This document shows, one piece after another, positions 48,827 to 58,909 of a stretch of DNA of 64,000 nucleotides. Within the stretch, counting starts at the first letter, position 1; every line of letters begins with the position of its first letter. This stretch comes from Sedimentisphaeraceae bacterium JB056 (lineage in GTDB: Bacteria; Planctomycetota; Phycisphaerae; Sedimentisphaerales; Sedimentisphaeraceae): positions 64,001-128,000 of the forward strand of contig JBITAJ010000011.1 in assembly GCA_044440125.1 (NCBI GenBank). Reading direction: 5' to 3'. Made by a program: the position numbers and the translations under genes. The notes beneath the pieces were generated by a model, which was not told the origin of the DNA, searched no databases, and saw only the letters and a program-made list of their open reading frames with translations.

Positions 48827-50092
48827 ATGGCTCTTTTACGGAAGAAAGCATTAATTAGAGAACAAATTCAGGATATAACGGCACTTGTGGCCGGTAATCT
48901 GTCTTTACATGAAGTACTTGATAAACTTGCTGAAGCAGCGGTAGATATCATAGGTGTAAGTGCCTGTTCGATCAGACTTCTTGATTCTGATACAGGTGAT
49001 CTTTCTATGCGCAGTACTTACGGGCTCAGTGATGCTTATCGAAGTAAAGGGCCGGTTACGAAAGATGACCCTGTAATAAAGGAAGCCTTTGGAGGCAGGG
49101 CTGTCGTAGTTGACGACATGAAAAACGACAGCCGCGTCAAGTATCCTATTGCAACATCTAATGAAGGCCTCGTAAGCCAGCTTACCGTTGCCATGACATA
49201 CAAGGGTAAAAACATAGGTGTTTTGCGTTTGTATTCTGGTAAAGCTCATAGATTCACTGATACAGATGTTACTGTGGCCAGGCTCATTGCCTCTCAGTGT
49301 GCCATTGCAATTACCAATGCTACGCTTTACAGTGCGGCAGTTCGTGGCTCACATATGGAAGACCAGATGAGGCTTGCAAGTGTCGTTCAACGGAGAATGC
49401 TTCCTCAGAAGGCGCCAGATATAACCGGTTTTGATATTTCCATGATGTATAGGCCTTGTTTCAAGGTCGGTGGTGACCTTTATGATTTCATAAAGATTGA
49501 TGATGATTCTTTTGTTGTCGTCATTGCAGATGTCATTGGAAAAGGTATTCCTGCTGCATTAATGATGGGTATGGTGAAAGGAGCTATAAGAGCTTTTGTT
49601 GACTGTATGCAAAGTTGCAATGAATATTCACTTGAAGGCGTTATTTCCAAAATAAACAAGTTCACTTGCGAACAATGTGCTAATGGAGAGTTTGTCACGT
49701 TGTTCATAGGTATTGTTAATTCGGCTAATAAAACCTTGAAGTTTTGTAACTGCGGTCATGAACCGACAGTATTGATGCGGGATGAAAAGCTTGTAGAATT
49801 GATGGAAGGCGGTATGGTGCTTGGCGTAGAACGAGAGACCAAACATGATATTGTGACTGTCAATCTTAAAAAGGATGATATTTTGTTATTCTATACTGAT
49901 GGCCTTATAGATGCGGTCAATTTCGATAACAAAATTTGGGGGCGTCAGCGTCTATATGAAACTTTGGAGAAGTGTGATAAGAAGTCGGCGAAAACACTGA
50001 TACATACTCTTCTTGGTTATAGAAGGCGTTTTACGGGGCTTTCGCCTCAGCAGGATGATACGAGTATTGTTGCGATAAGAGTTGCTGAGTAA
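48827..50092 (+). CDS. GAF plus PP2C (SpoIIE/RsbU-like) phosphatase
   Basis: N-terminal GAF; VGGDLYD, ADVIGKG, NCGH, YTDGL and DDTS motifs. Confidence 0.92.
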   Translation: MALLRKKALIREQIQDITALVAGNLSLHEVLDKLAEAAVDIIGVSACSIRLLDSDTGDLSMRSTYGLSDAYRSKGPVTKDDPVIKEAFGGRAVVVDDMKNDSRVKYPIATSNEGLVSQLTVAMTYKGKNIGVLRLYSGKAHRFTDTDVTVARLIASQCAIAITNATLYSAAVRGSHMEDQMRLASVVQRRMLPQKAPDITGFDISMMYRPCFKVGGDLYDFIKIDDDSFVVVIADVIGKGIPAALMMGMVKGAIRAFVDCMQSCNEYSLEGVISKINKFTCEQCANGEFVTLFIGIVNSANKTLKFCNCGHEPTVLMRDEKLVELMEGGMVLGVERETKHDIVTVNLKKDDILLFYTDGLIDAVNFDNKIWGRQRLYETLEKCDKKSAKTLIHTLLGYRRRFTGLSPQQDDTSIVAIRVAE

Positions 50093-50119
50093 ATTTGCAC
50101 TTCATATAATTGGTATATT

Positions 50120-50165
50120 AAAAGAGGGGTAAAAGCGTTTTATTGACTTTTACCCCTCTTTTTTT
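50120..50165. terminator. Bidirectional Rho-independent terminator
   Basis: AAAAGAGGGGTAAAAG...CTTTTACCCCTCTTTT between convergent genes. Confidence 0.85.
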
Positions 50166-50168
50166 GTC

Positions 50169-51938
50169 TTAGACAAGCTCTCGCTTCTCATACTTTGTAT
50201 GCAGTAAGTGATGAGATTTGTCACTTAGCGGATTCTTAAGGAATTCTTCATAGATCATCTTGATCTCAGGATTTTCATGAGATTTACGCATTTTCTTCCC
50301 TTCATCTTCTGCATAAATAGCCTGAATCCTTTGAAGTCTCACTGCGTCATTTGTGAAACGAGGCTGACCGCCGCCGCCGATACATCCACCAGGGCAAGTC
50401 ATGACCTCAACAAAATGGAATACTTCACCGCCTTTGATCATGTTGACGATTTTGTTAGCATTTGAAAGCCCGTGTGCTACTGCAACCTTAAACTCTACAC
50501 CTTCAAGAAACGACCATTCAGAGAGAACGTTTTCAATCTTGAGAGATGCCGTCTTTACACCTTCGAGTCCTTCAATCGGCTTGACGTGAAGATTTTTGAG
50601 CGGCAATTCTCTACCTGTTACTATCTCGTATGCTGTTCTTATGGCTGCTTCCATTACACCGCCTGTGTTAGCGAAAATATCAGCCGCACCGCTTGAAAGT
50701 CCGAGTGGAGAATCCATTTTACCATCTGGAAGTGATTCGAAGTCTATGCCGGCCTGGCCAATCATTGTGCCGAATTCTCTTGTTGTGAGTACGTAATCAA
50801 CATCTTTGAATCCGCTGTCGTTCATTTCCGGACGCTGTATCTCAAATTTCTTTGCAGTACATGGCATTACCGATACTACAATGATTCTGCTTGGATCCAC
50901 GCCGGTTTTCTGGCTGTAATATGTTTTGGCAACGGCACCGAACATTTGCTGCGGTGATTTACATGTTGAAAGATTTGGAAGCATATCTGGGTGGTAATAC
51001 TCGGTAAATTTTATCCATGCAGGGCAGCAACTTGTAAATTGCGGAAGGGCGGCAGGCTTATTGTCAAGGAGGACTGATTTAAGTCTCGTTAGAAGCTCTG
51101 TGCCTTCTTCCATTATTGTAAGATCCGCAGTGAAGTTTGTGTCGAATACTGCATCAAAGCCAAGATGTCTTGAAGCTGTAACCATTTTACCTGTTACCAA
51201 GCTGCCTGCAGGCATGCCGAAGCATTCGCCAAGAGCTGCCCTTATAGCAGGAGCTGTCTGTATCACGACGTACTTGTCAGGGTCGTCAAGAGCTTCCCAT
51301 ATTCCGTCAATGTGGCTCTTCTCGCTTATAGCACCCACCGGACACGTAGCCGCGCATTGTCCGCATTGCACGCACGGAACCTCATCAAGTTCCATTTCAA
51401 AGGCAGGCCCTATAGTGCTCTTGAATCCACGTCCCTGTGGCGATACAGAACCAACGCTTTGTATGCCTTCACAAACTTCTACGCATCTGCGGCATTTGAT
51501 ACACTTACCGCTGTCTCTTATAAGGGCAGGTGTTGATTCGTCAATTTGACTTTCAAGTTTTTCACCTTCCCATTTTACTTCCAATATTCCCATTTCGCGT
51601 GCAAGTTCCTGAAGTTCGCAGTCGTTGTTCCTCTGGCATGTCTGGCAGTTGCCGTTATGCTCTGAAAGAAGAAGCTCGACAACCATTCGTCTGGCCTCGC
51701 GTGCTCTTTTGGTATTGGTTTTGACTATCATGCCTTCAGTGGCAGGAGTTGAACATGCGGCCATTAAAGTTCTTGCGCCTTCAACCTCCACCACACAAAC
51801 TCTGCAAGCCCCTTTAGGCACGGTGTTTTCAACAAAGCAAAGTGTAGGAATTTTTATTCCGCATTTGTTTGCTGCTGTCAGAATTGTAGTACCTTCGGGT
51901 ACTTTAACCTCAGTATTATTTATTGTTAAAGAAATCAT
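50169..51938 (-). CDS. hydA: [FeFe]-hydrogenase group A catalytic subunit (HydA/HndD-like)
   Basis: H-cluster motifs TSCCPAW, MPCTAKKFE and EVMTCPGGCIGGGGQP; N-terminal 2Fe-2S and 4Fe-4S motifs; GAGAGG RBS before ATG 51938. Confidence 0.95.
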   Translation of the reverse strand: MISLTINNTEVKVPEGTTILTAANKCGIKIPTLCFVENTVPKGACRVCVVEVEGARTLMAACSTPATEGMIVKTNTKRAREARRMVVELLLSEHNGNCQTCQRNNDCELQELAREMGILEVKWEGEKLESQIDESTPALIRDSGKCIKCRRCVEVCEGIQSVGSVSPQGRGFKSTIGPAFEMELDEVPCVQCGQCAATCPVGAISEKSHIDGIWEALDDPDKYVVIQTAPAIRAALGECFGMPAGSLVTGKMVTASRHLGFDAVFDTNFTADLTIMEEGTELLTRLKSVLLDNKPAALPQFTSCCPAWIKFTEYYHPDMLPNLSTCKSPQQMFGAVAKTYYSQKTGVDPSRIIVVSVMPCTAKKFEIQRPEMNDSGFKDVDYVLTTREFGTMIGQAGIDFESLPDGKMDSPLGLSSGAADIFANTGGVMEAAIRTAYEIVTGRELPLKNLHVKPIEGLEGVKTASLKIENVLSEWSFLEGVEFKVAVAHGLSNANKIVNMIKGGEVFHFVEVMTCPGGCIGGGGQPRFTNDAVRLQRIQAIYAEDEGKKMRKSHENPEIKMIYEEFLKNPLSDKSHHLLHTKYEKRELV

Positions 51939-51954
51939 AGAATCCTCTCGCTCA

Positions 51955-54900
51955 TCAGTATTTACCATAATCACATCTCAGACAACGCTTAGACTGTCGG
52001 ACGGCTTCCCCTTCAAGCCAGGGCATTTCAACTTCATCGAAGTTGTTCTTACGCCTGTCAACGGAGAGCAATACCATCTTCTTTCGGTCGTATTCAACAG
52101 GGTCAGCATCCGGGTCGAAGGCAGTATCTACCTGTATATCCTGACGCCAGAAAGCATGCTGCTCGCCTGTCAGATATTCATCAATACCTATCGCTGCCTT
52201 TTCGCCTGCGGCTACAGCTTCTACAACAGAAGCCGGCCCGGTAGTCAAGTCACCGCCGCCGAATAACCATTCAATGCTTGTCTGGCCTGTAAGCGGATCT
52301 GTCTTAACTCTGTCTCTGCCGATGAATTCAAGTTTGTCGTCATTAACTTTTGCACAGCAGTCATAGTTGTTCTCTGCGGTCTCTTTGCAGAAGTCTTCGA
52401 AAATACTTTCTGCGTCAAGTTTCTGTCCACATGCAAATATTATCTGATCAGCTTCGAACCTTACTTCCTGTCCGCTGTCTTCAGGGCGTCTTCTTCCTGA
52501 ACGGTCAAATTCTCCAAGTTTCATTCTATGACATACGAGGGCTGAAACTTTTCCGTCCTCATCAATTATTCTTGTTGGAGAAGTCAGGGTTTCTATGCGT
52601 ACACCTTCCTGCTGCGACTCTTCAATTTCTTCAGCATATGCAGGCATCTCGGCCCTTGTTCGTCTGTAAACCACGGTTACATCGGCTCCAAGTCTTATAG
52701 CGGTTCTCGCTGCGTCAATGGCCGCATTGCCGCCTCCTATTACTACGACTTTCTTGCCAACCTTTACTGAGCCGCGGAGGTTGTATTCACGCAGGAATGC
52801 AATTGCTTCTGTAACTCCTGCCGCCTCTTTACCCGGCAAATCAAGGATTATGCCCTTAGGTGTTCCAACGCCGAGGAACACAGCGTCGTATCCTTCTCTG
52901 CGGAGCTGTGCCAAGCTGAAATCGCGTCCAAGCATTTTGCCTGTTTCGATTTCCACGCCAAGGCCTTCTATCATTCGTATCTCACGTGCAAGCAGCTCTC
53001 TCGGCAACCTGTATGCAGGAATTGTCTGCACAAGCATACCGCCTGGTCTCGGCTCTGCCTCAAGCACTGTTGGTCTGTAACCAAGGCGTGCAAGGAAGTA
53101 GGCACATGAAAGTCCGGCAGGGCCGGCACCTACCACGGCTATCTTGCGTTTTGAATTATCTTCACTTTCACGAACCTCGGGAACCTGTATAGTGATTTCC
53201 TGATCGACCATGAATCTCTTGATCGCACGAATTGCAACAGATTCATCAATCATAGACCTGCGACATTTATCCTCGCATGTATGGAAGCAAACTCTTGCAC
53301 ATACAACAGCAAATGGGTTACGTTCACGATGCAGCCGTAAAGCTTCTGCATAGCGTTTTTCGCCGACCAGTGAAATAAAGCCGGGAACGTTGACCTTTGC
53401 AGGGCATGCGCTTTGACAGGGGGCACGTACCAGTCCCGGACAGACTCCGGCAGGGCAGTGCTTCTCTTTGATATGCGATTCATATTCATCACGGAAATGA
53501 CGTATAGTTGAGAGCACAGGGTTGGGTGCCGTCTGACCTAACCCGCAAAGTGCGGTATCTTTGATCTGCTCACCTATCTCTATAAGTCTGTCGATATCTT
53601 CCTCTTCACCTTCACCGTTGCAGATCCTTTCGAGAATCTCAAGCATACGTTTTGTACCTACTCGGCATGGAGAACACTTGCCGCATGATTCCTCTTGAAC
53701 GAATTCAAGGAAGAATCTGGCAACGTCAACCATACAGGCATCGTCATCCATCACTACAAGTCCGCCGGAACCCATGATGGCTCCCAACTCATTGAGTGAT
53801 TCGTAATCAAGCTGTACATTAAGGTGCTGCTTGGGTATACATCCGCCTGAAGGGCCGCCAACCTGCGCAGCCTTGAAGGCCTTGCCGTCCGGGATGCCGC
53901 CGCCTATATCATATATCAGTTCGCCAAGTGTTGTTCCTACTGGGACTTCAACCAGCCCTGAATTCCGTATAGCTCCGGCAAGGGCGAAAACTTTTGTACC
54001 TTTACTTTTTTCGGTTCCGTAAGAAGCGAACCACTCACCGCCGTTTTGAATTATTGCCGCTATGTTGGCATATGTTTCAACGTTGTTGAGAACTGTAGGC
54101 TTGTCCCACAAACCTTTCTGTGCGGGGAATGGAGGTCTTGGTCTCGGCTCACCTCGTTTTCCTTCTATTGATGCTATAAGTGCGGTTTCTTCACCGCAAA
54201 CAAAAGCTCCAGAACCCATTCTGATTTCAAGTTCGAAGTCAAAACCTTTGCCAAGTATATTTTTACCGAGTAAACCGGCTTCTCTTGCGGTATCAATGGC
54301 TTTTTGAAGTCTTTCAACTGCCAATGGATATTCAGCACGTACATAGATGTATCCTTGAGATGCACCGATTGCATATGCCCCGATAGCCATTCCTTCTATA
54401 AGGCTGTAAGGGTCGCCTTCGAGAACAGAACGATCCATGAAAGCTCCCGGGTCGCCTTCGTCAGCATTACACAGTATGTATTTTGTGTCTGATTCGCTTT
54501 TCTTTGCAAAAGACCACTTGAGCCATGTTGGGAATCCTGCTCCGCCTCTTCCTCTTAATCCGGATAGTTTCATTTGTTCTATGACATCATCTGGACTCAT
54601 CTCTTCGAGCACTTTGGCGATTGCCATAAAACCGTCTACGCCAATATAATCTTCAAGGCTTATCGGGTCTACAAGGCCGCAGTTTCTTAAAACGATTTTT
54701 GTTTGGCGTTTGAAGAAGTCTATGTCCATTTGCATTGGAAGCGGTATGTCTTCTGTACCTTCTTTTTGTGTCCAGGCAAGACGTTCTACTATTTTGCCGC
54801 CAAACACGTGCTGTTCTACTATATCAACTGCGTCTTTAGGCTGTACTTTTTGGTAGAACACTTGGTCTTTGGCCATAAGGACTACAGGGCCTGCCGCACA

Positions 54901-55131
54901 AGGGCCAAGACAACCGGTTTCAACTATTTGCACAGTCTTGTCAAGACCGTGTGATTCAAGTTCTTCCTGCAAAGCTTCTATTACTTTCAATGATCCTGAT
55001 GCAATACAGCCGCCGCCTGCGCAGACGAGTATTTTTTGCATCTTGACACCTTTGTCTGTAAGTTTGCCTTTTTTGCATTCTTCGTTTAGATGTTTAAGGT
55101 TTTCGATGGAAGTTATCTTCTTGATGCTCAT
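51955..55131 (-). CDS. NuoF/HydB-like flavoprotein fused to a GltD/NfnB-like FAD/NAD(P)H module
   Basis: GLRGRGGAGFP, NADEGDPGAFMD, GAFVCGEETAL, GGPSG and ESCGKCSPCR, followed by CQSACP...CARVC...CEDKCRR, GAGPAG and GGGNAAIDAAR...YRR. Confidence 0.92.
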   Translation of the reverse strand: MSIKKITSIENLKHLNEECKKGKLTDKGVKMQKILVCAGGGCIASGSLKVIEALQEELESHGLDKTVQIVETGCLGPCAAGPVVLMAKDQVFYQKVQPKDAVDIVEQHVFGGKIVERLAWTQKEGTEDIPLPMQMDIDFFKRQTKIVLRNCGLVDPISLEDYIGVDGFMAIAKVLEEMSPDDVIEQMKLSGLRGRGGAGFPTWLKWSFAKKSESDTKYILCNADEGDPGAFMDRSVLEGDPYSLIEGMAIGAYAIGASQGYIYVRAEYPLAVERLQKAIDTAREAGLLGKNILGKGFDFELEIRMGSGAFVCGEETALIASIEGKRGEPRPRPPFPAQKGLWDKPTVLNNVETYANIAAIIQNGGEWFASYGTEKSKGTKVFALAGAIRNSGLVEVPVGTTLGELIYDIGGGIPDGKAFKAAQVGGPSGGCIPKQHLNVQLDYESLNELGAIMGSGGLVVMDDDACMVDVARFFLEFVQEESCGKCSPCRVGTKRMLEILERICNGEGEEEDIDRLIEIGEQIKDTALCGLGQTAPNPVLSTIRHFRDEYESHIKEKHCPAGVCPGLVRAPCQSACPAKVNVPGFISLVGEKRYAEALRLHRERNPFAVVCARVCFHTCEDKCRRSMIDESVAIRAIKRFMVDQEITIQVPEVRESEDNSKRKIAVVGAGPAGLSCAYFLARLGYRPTVLEAEPRPGGMLVQTIPAYRLPRELLAREIRMIEGLGVEIETGKMLGRDFSLAQLRREGYDAVFLGVGTPKGIILDLPGKEAAGVTEAIAFLREYNLRGSVKVGKKVVVIGGGNAAIDAARTAIRLGADVTVVYRRTRAEMPAYAEEIEESQQEGVRIETLTSPTRIIDEDGKVSALVCHRMKLGEFDRSGRRRPEDSGQEVRFEADQIIFACGQKLDAESIFEDFCKETAENNYDCCAKVNDDKLEFIGRDRVKTDPLTGQTSIEWLFGGGDLTTGPASVVEAVAAGEKAAIGIDEYLTGEQHAFWRQDIQVDTAFDPDADPVEYDRKKMVLLSVDRRKNNFDEVEMPWLEGEAVRQSKRCLRCDYGKY

Positions 55132-55661
55132 TTGTCTGCCTCCTTCTCATCTTTTTTCTCATTTGCTGAATAACTTGCTAAAAGCTCAGCCATCTTGGAT
55201 GGTTTTGCTCTCTGAATCACATCATCGTTGACCATAATTACCGGAGCCAGTCCGCATGCGCCGAAGCATCTGCCAATGTCCAGTGAGAACATTCTGTCTT
55301 CGGTTGTACCTCCAATATCTATGCCAAGTTCTTTTTTTAGTGAATCAAGAACTTCTTTTCCGCCTCTTACATAGCATGCTGTTCCAAGGCAGACACGCAC
55401 TACATATTTACCTCGAGGCACAGTAGAGAAAAATGAATAAAAACTCACCACTCCGGCTACCTCGCTGTATGGTTTATTAAACCTGAGGCTTATCTTTTTG
55501 AGTGCTGATTTGGGTAAATAGCCCATCATGTTCTGGACTATCTGAAGTACCGGTATTAAACCACCGGGTTTTGAGGTGTACTCATCAAGGATGGGATCGA
55601 GCTTGTCGAGTAAATCTTGTTCACTCATTTCCTGCTCACAACAACATTGACACTCTGGCAT
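55128..55661 (-). CDS. NuoE/HydC-like 2Fe-2S subunit
   Basis: VCLGTACYVRG and CFGACGLAP motifs. Confidence 0.94.
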   Translation of the reverse strand: MPECQCCCEQEMSEQDLLDKLDPILDEYTSKPGGLIPVLQIVQNMMGYLPKSALKKISLRFNKPYSEVAGVVSFYSFFSTVPRGKYVVRVCLGTACYVRGGKEVLDSLKKELGIDIGGTTEDRMFSLDIGRCFGACGLAPVIMVNDDVIQRAKPSKMAELLASYSANEKKDEKEADK

Positions 55662-56020
55662 ATTTCACTCTCCTAAACACAAGTTTATAGTTCCCACTGC
55701 CGATCAGATGATATTGTAATGATCTGTCCGTTACCGGCAGTTATCTATCATCATTAATAGAGTTCAACTAATATCAGTTAGCACTGACATATGCCGTTGC
55801 CGAGGTGTGTTTCAGTGTTGCAGAGTGTCATTCACGGCAACTTTCTATTATTTTCAGGCGGTACACGCGAAAAAACCACCTGAACTCATTCTAACGTTAT
55901 AAGTTATATTTTGCAAGATATAAAATTGTTATATCTATTTTGTTGTGTGATTTTATTACAAAAAACTTTATAAATGCATTTATAAAGTTATAAACAACGT
56001 TTTTGTGGTAATTAAAACCG

Positions 56021-57157
56021 TTAAAAAATTATGTAACCAGAGGCTTTTTTGAGTAAAACTGTAACTTTACCTATGTCCGATATTTCTCTAAGTTGTTGTT
56101 GACGCCGTCTTTCTATTATCCTTTGGACAGTAACATGCCCTAACCCAGGAACCCTCAGAAGTTCTTCTTGAGATGCTTTATTCACATTGACCGGAAATAT
56201 TTCGGGGTGTTTTAATGCCCAGTACTCCTTGGGATCTGTGTCAAGAGCCAGAGAGCCTTCTTTTTCGTATTCAATTTCATCAGGGGAAAAGCCGTATTTT
56301 CTGAGCAGGTAATCCACCTGATAAAGTCTGTGTTCTCTTGTGAAAATATTCTCAGGCTTTTCGGATTCGATATTTTCACCGGGCAAATCGCTTTGGCCCA
56401 AACCTTTTTGGTAGGCACTGAAAAAGACTCTGTGCATTTTTAATCTGTCATAAAGTCCACCCATATATTTAACTATCTGCGAATCCTTTTCGCCTGCAGC
56501 ACCTACGATAAATTGCGTTGTCTGTTTGACCTTGTCAAATCGTGAACCTTTGGCTGTAAGTTCGCTGATATATTTTATTGGTTGGATGATGTCATTTATG
56601 TAGTTTTTCTTGTTTGAGAGTTTTGAAAAATTTAAAGCTCCCGGTGTCTCGATATTCAATGAAACTGCACTTGAAAGTCTTACTGCTTCCTCAATAGAAG
56701 CTTTACTTGCACCTGGTATGATTTTTAAGTGAATGTAACCTCGGTATTTATGTGTTTTTCGAACTATTTCGGCTGTAGCGATTAGTTGTTTCATTGTTGC
56801 GTCTGCAGAGCCTATGACGCCACTGCTGAGAAATAAACCCGATACTTTCCGCTTCCTGTAATAATCCATGAAAGCTTCGGCTGTTTGTTCCGGACTTAAA
56901 GCACATCGTCTTACATCCATATTTTCTCTCAAAGGACAATATTTGCAGTCATTTGAGCATATATTTGATATTAAGGTTCTGAAAAGAACGCTTTTCCCGC
57001 CACCAGGAAGTGTTATAGGGTATATCCATTTACCTTGACTGCCGCGTTTGCGGCCTTCTCCGGTCTGGCTGCAGGCACAGGCTAAATCGTATTGTGCATC
57101 CTCGCTCAATATCTCAAGTTTTTGGTATGTATTTGGTCTTCGTATTATTGCTGTCAT
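56021..57157 (-). CDS. Putative DNA modification/repair radical SAM protein with C-terminal HhH (TIGR03916-like)
   Basis: KLEILSEDAQYDLAC, CSNDCKYC, GLFLSSG, GYIHLK, REHRLYQ and LLRVPGLG motifs. Confidence 0.88.
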   Translation of the reverse strand: MTAIIRRPNTYQKLEILSEDAQYDLACACSQTGEGRKRGSQGKWIYPITLPGGGKSVLFRTLISNICSNDCKYCPLRENMDVRRCALSPEQTAEAFMDYYRKRKVSGLFLSSGVIGSADATMKQLIATAEIVRKTHKYRGYIHLKIIPGASKASIEEAVRLSSAVSLNIETPGALNFSKLSNKKNYINDIIQPIKYISELTAKGSRFDKVKQTTQFIVGAAGEKDSQIVKYMGGLYDRLKMHRVFFSAYQKGLGQSDLPGENIESEKPENIFTREHRLYQVDYLLRKYGFSPDEIEYEKEGSLALDTDPKEYWALKHPEIFPVNVNKASQEELLRVPGLGHVTVQRIIERRRQQQLREISDIGKVTVLLKKASGYIIF

Positions 57158-57289
57158 GCTAACACCAGTCAAAATCCATTTTGCTGTTTACAATTTATCA
57201 CAGAAACAATTTTGAATCAATCACGTATATTATTATATTAAAGCAGGCTTAAAAATATTATGATAACAATTGTATGTAAGGGAGAAATT

Positions 57290-57682
57290 ATGAGAAGTGC
57301 ATTAATAGTTGTTTTGTTAGTTTTCTGTGGAATTTATTTTTGTGGGTGTGAAAGCGATGCTCAAACGGGCGCACTGATAGGTACCGCTATAGGTGCCGGT
57401 GTTGGACAGGCTGCAGGCGGCGACACTGAATCTACGATGATTGGTGCGGCTGTTGGCGGCGGAAGCGGCTATCTTATTGGAAAACACTCCGATGATAAGA
57501 AGGAAGAAGAAGCCCAGCAGGGTGAATCTCAGGAAGTGCAAACCGTATGGATAACAAACAGCAACGGCTCACAAACGCCGGTTAAGATAATAAGGCAGGG
57601 CGATAAGTATGTCGGCCCCAAAGGAGAAATGTACACTACTTTCCCGACTGAGGAACAGCTTAAAAGCGTTTATGGCTTTTAA
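57290..57682 (+). CDS. Glycine-zipper lipoprotein
   Basis: Signal peptide ending in Cys; GALIGTAIGAGVGQAAGG...GAAVGGGSGYLIG. Confidence 0.8.
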   Translation: MRSALIVVLLVFCGIYFCGCESDAQTGALIGTAIGAGVGQAAGGDTESTMIGAAVGGGSGYLIGKHSDDKKEEEAQQGESQEVQTVWITNSNGSQTPVKIIRQGDKYVGPKGEMYTTFPTEEQLKSVYGF

Positions 57683-57690
57683 GCCGGCAT

Positions 57691-58581
57691 TTACATCAGA
57701 GAAGTGCTGAAATATCTTTCTGCTCTGTCAGGCAGTACTGTACTTACAATACCATTGAATTTTTCAGCTGTTCTTCTGGCGGCCCATACATTGGCTCCTG
57801 ATGATATGCCTACCATAAGCCCATGGTCACGACCAAGATTGCGGGTGGTTTCTATGGCATCGTCATCACTTACCTCAATTATGTCATCCACAATAGAGAC
57901 ATCCAGTACATCAGGGATAAATCCATCGCCTATCCCCTGTATCTGATGAAGGCCGGGCTCGTGTCCCAGAAGAGCCGAGACATTCTTTGGTTCTACTGCA
58001 ATTATTTTGATCTCAGGGTTCTGTTCTTTCAGAAAAGTTCCAACTCCTTGGAGTGTGCCTCCGCTTCCGATTCCGGCAACGAAGCACTCGATCTTTCCAT
58101 CAGTTTGCTTCCATAGCTCAGATGCAGTAGTATCGTAATGGATTTTGGGGTTGTTGGGGTTTTGAAATTGCTGAGGTACAAAAACATTCTTACTTGCTTG
58201 GGCTATTTCGTTGACCTTGTCGACCGCTCCACCTATACTGAGTTCAGCAGGGGTCAGCAGCAGCTCTGCTCCAAGTGATCGTATGAGTTTTTTTCGTTCT
58301 TCACTCATGTTTTCAGGCATGACGATAGTGACATCATATCCTTTGAGCCGGCCGACGAGAGCAACGCCTATTCCGGTATTGCCGCTTGTTGGTTCAACGA
58401 TACGGTAACCTTCCTTTAATCGCCCATCGCGTTCGGCTCCTTCTATCATTGCCAATGCAACTCGATCCTTTATGCTGCCGCCAGGATTCAGGAATTCTGC
58501 TTTTGCATAGATATTATCTGAGCCAAGCTTTATTAAAGGAGTTTTTCCGATAAGGTCTAAAATGTTTTCTGTCACTATCAT
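57691..58581 (-). CDS. cysK: Cysteine synthase A
   Basis: NPGGSIKDR, EPTSGNTG, GIGSGGT, HQIQGIG and GISSGA motifs. Confidence 0.95.
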   Translation of the reverse strand: MIVTENILDLIGKTPLIKLGSDNIYAKAEFLNPGGSIKDRVALAMIEGAERDGRLKEGYRIVEPTSGNTGIGVALVGRLKGYDVTIVMPENMSEERKKLIRSLGAELLLTPAELSIGGAVDKVNEIAQASKNVFVPQQFQNPNNPKIHYDTTASELWKQTDGKIECFVAGIGSGGTLQGVGTFLKEQNPEIKIIAVEPKNVSALLGHEPGLHQIQGIGDGFIPDVLDVSIVDDIIEVSDDDAIETTRNLGRDHGLMVGISSGANVWAARRTAEKFNGIVSTVLPDRAERYFSTSLM

Positions 58582-58909
58582 TAAAGCTATACCTGTATAA
58601 ATTGTTTTTTAGAGACCATGGCGTCTAATTAAAGAAACCACTGGAGCCAAGGGATTATAATAATTAAAGCATGAAAATCAACTACTAACTGTTACGGCGT
58701 TTTTGGTTGTTTCTTCGTGTATGTTGCTTTATTATGAAAGAATTGAATGTTTTTCAGGCAGTTTAGTGCATAATGTGTAGGGTATTACTTGACTTTTTCT
58801 ACCCTATTGCGTTATAATCCCATGGGTTATAAGTTTTTAAGGTGGTTGCGTTTATTAACGTATATCATAATGGTTGGTAGTTTTTTTAATTATATTTTGG
58901 AGTTTTTAT

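Noticed and set aside
55940..55965. Rex operator upstream of the hydrogenase operon
   Set aside because: TGTGATTTTATTACAA has the wrong spacing and several mismatches to TTGTGA-N6-TCACAA.
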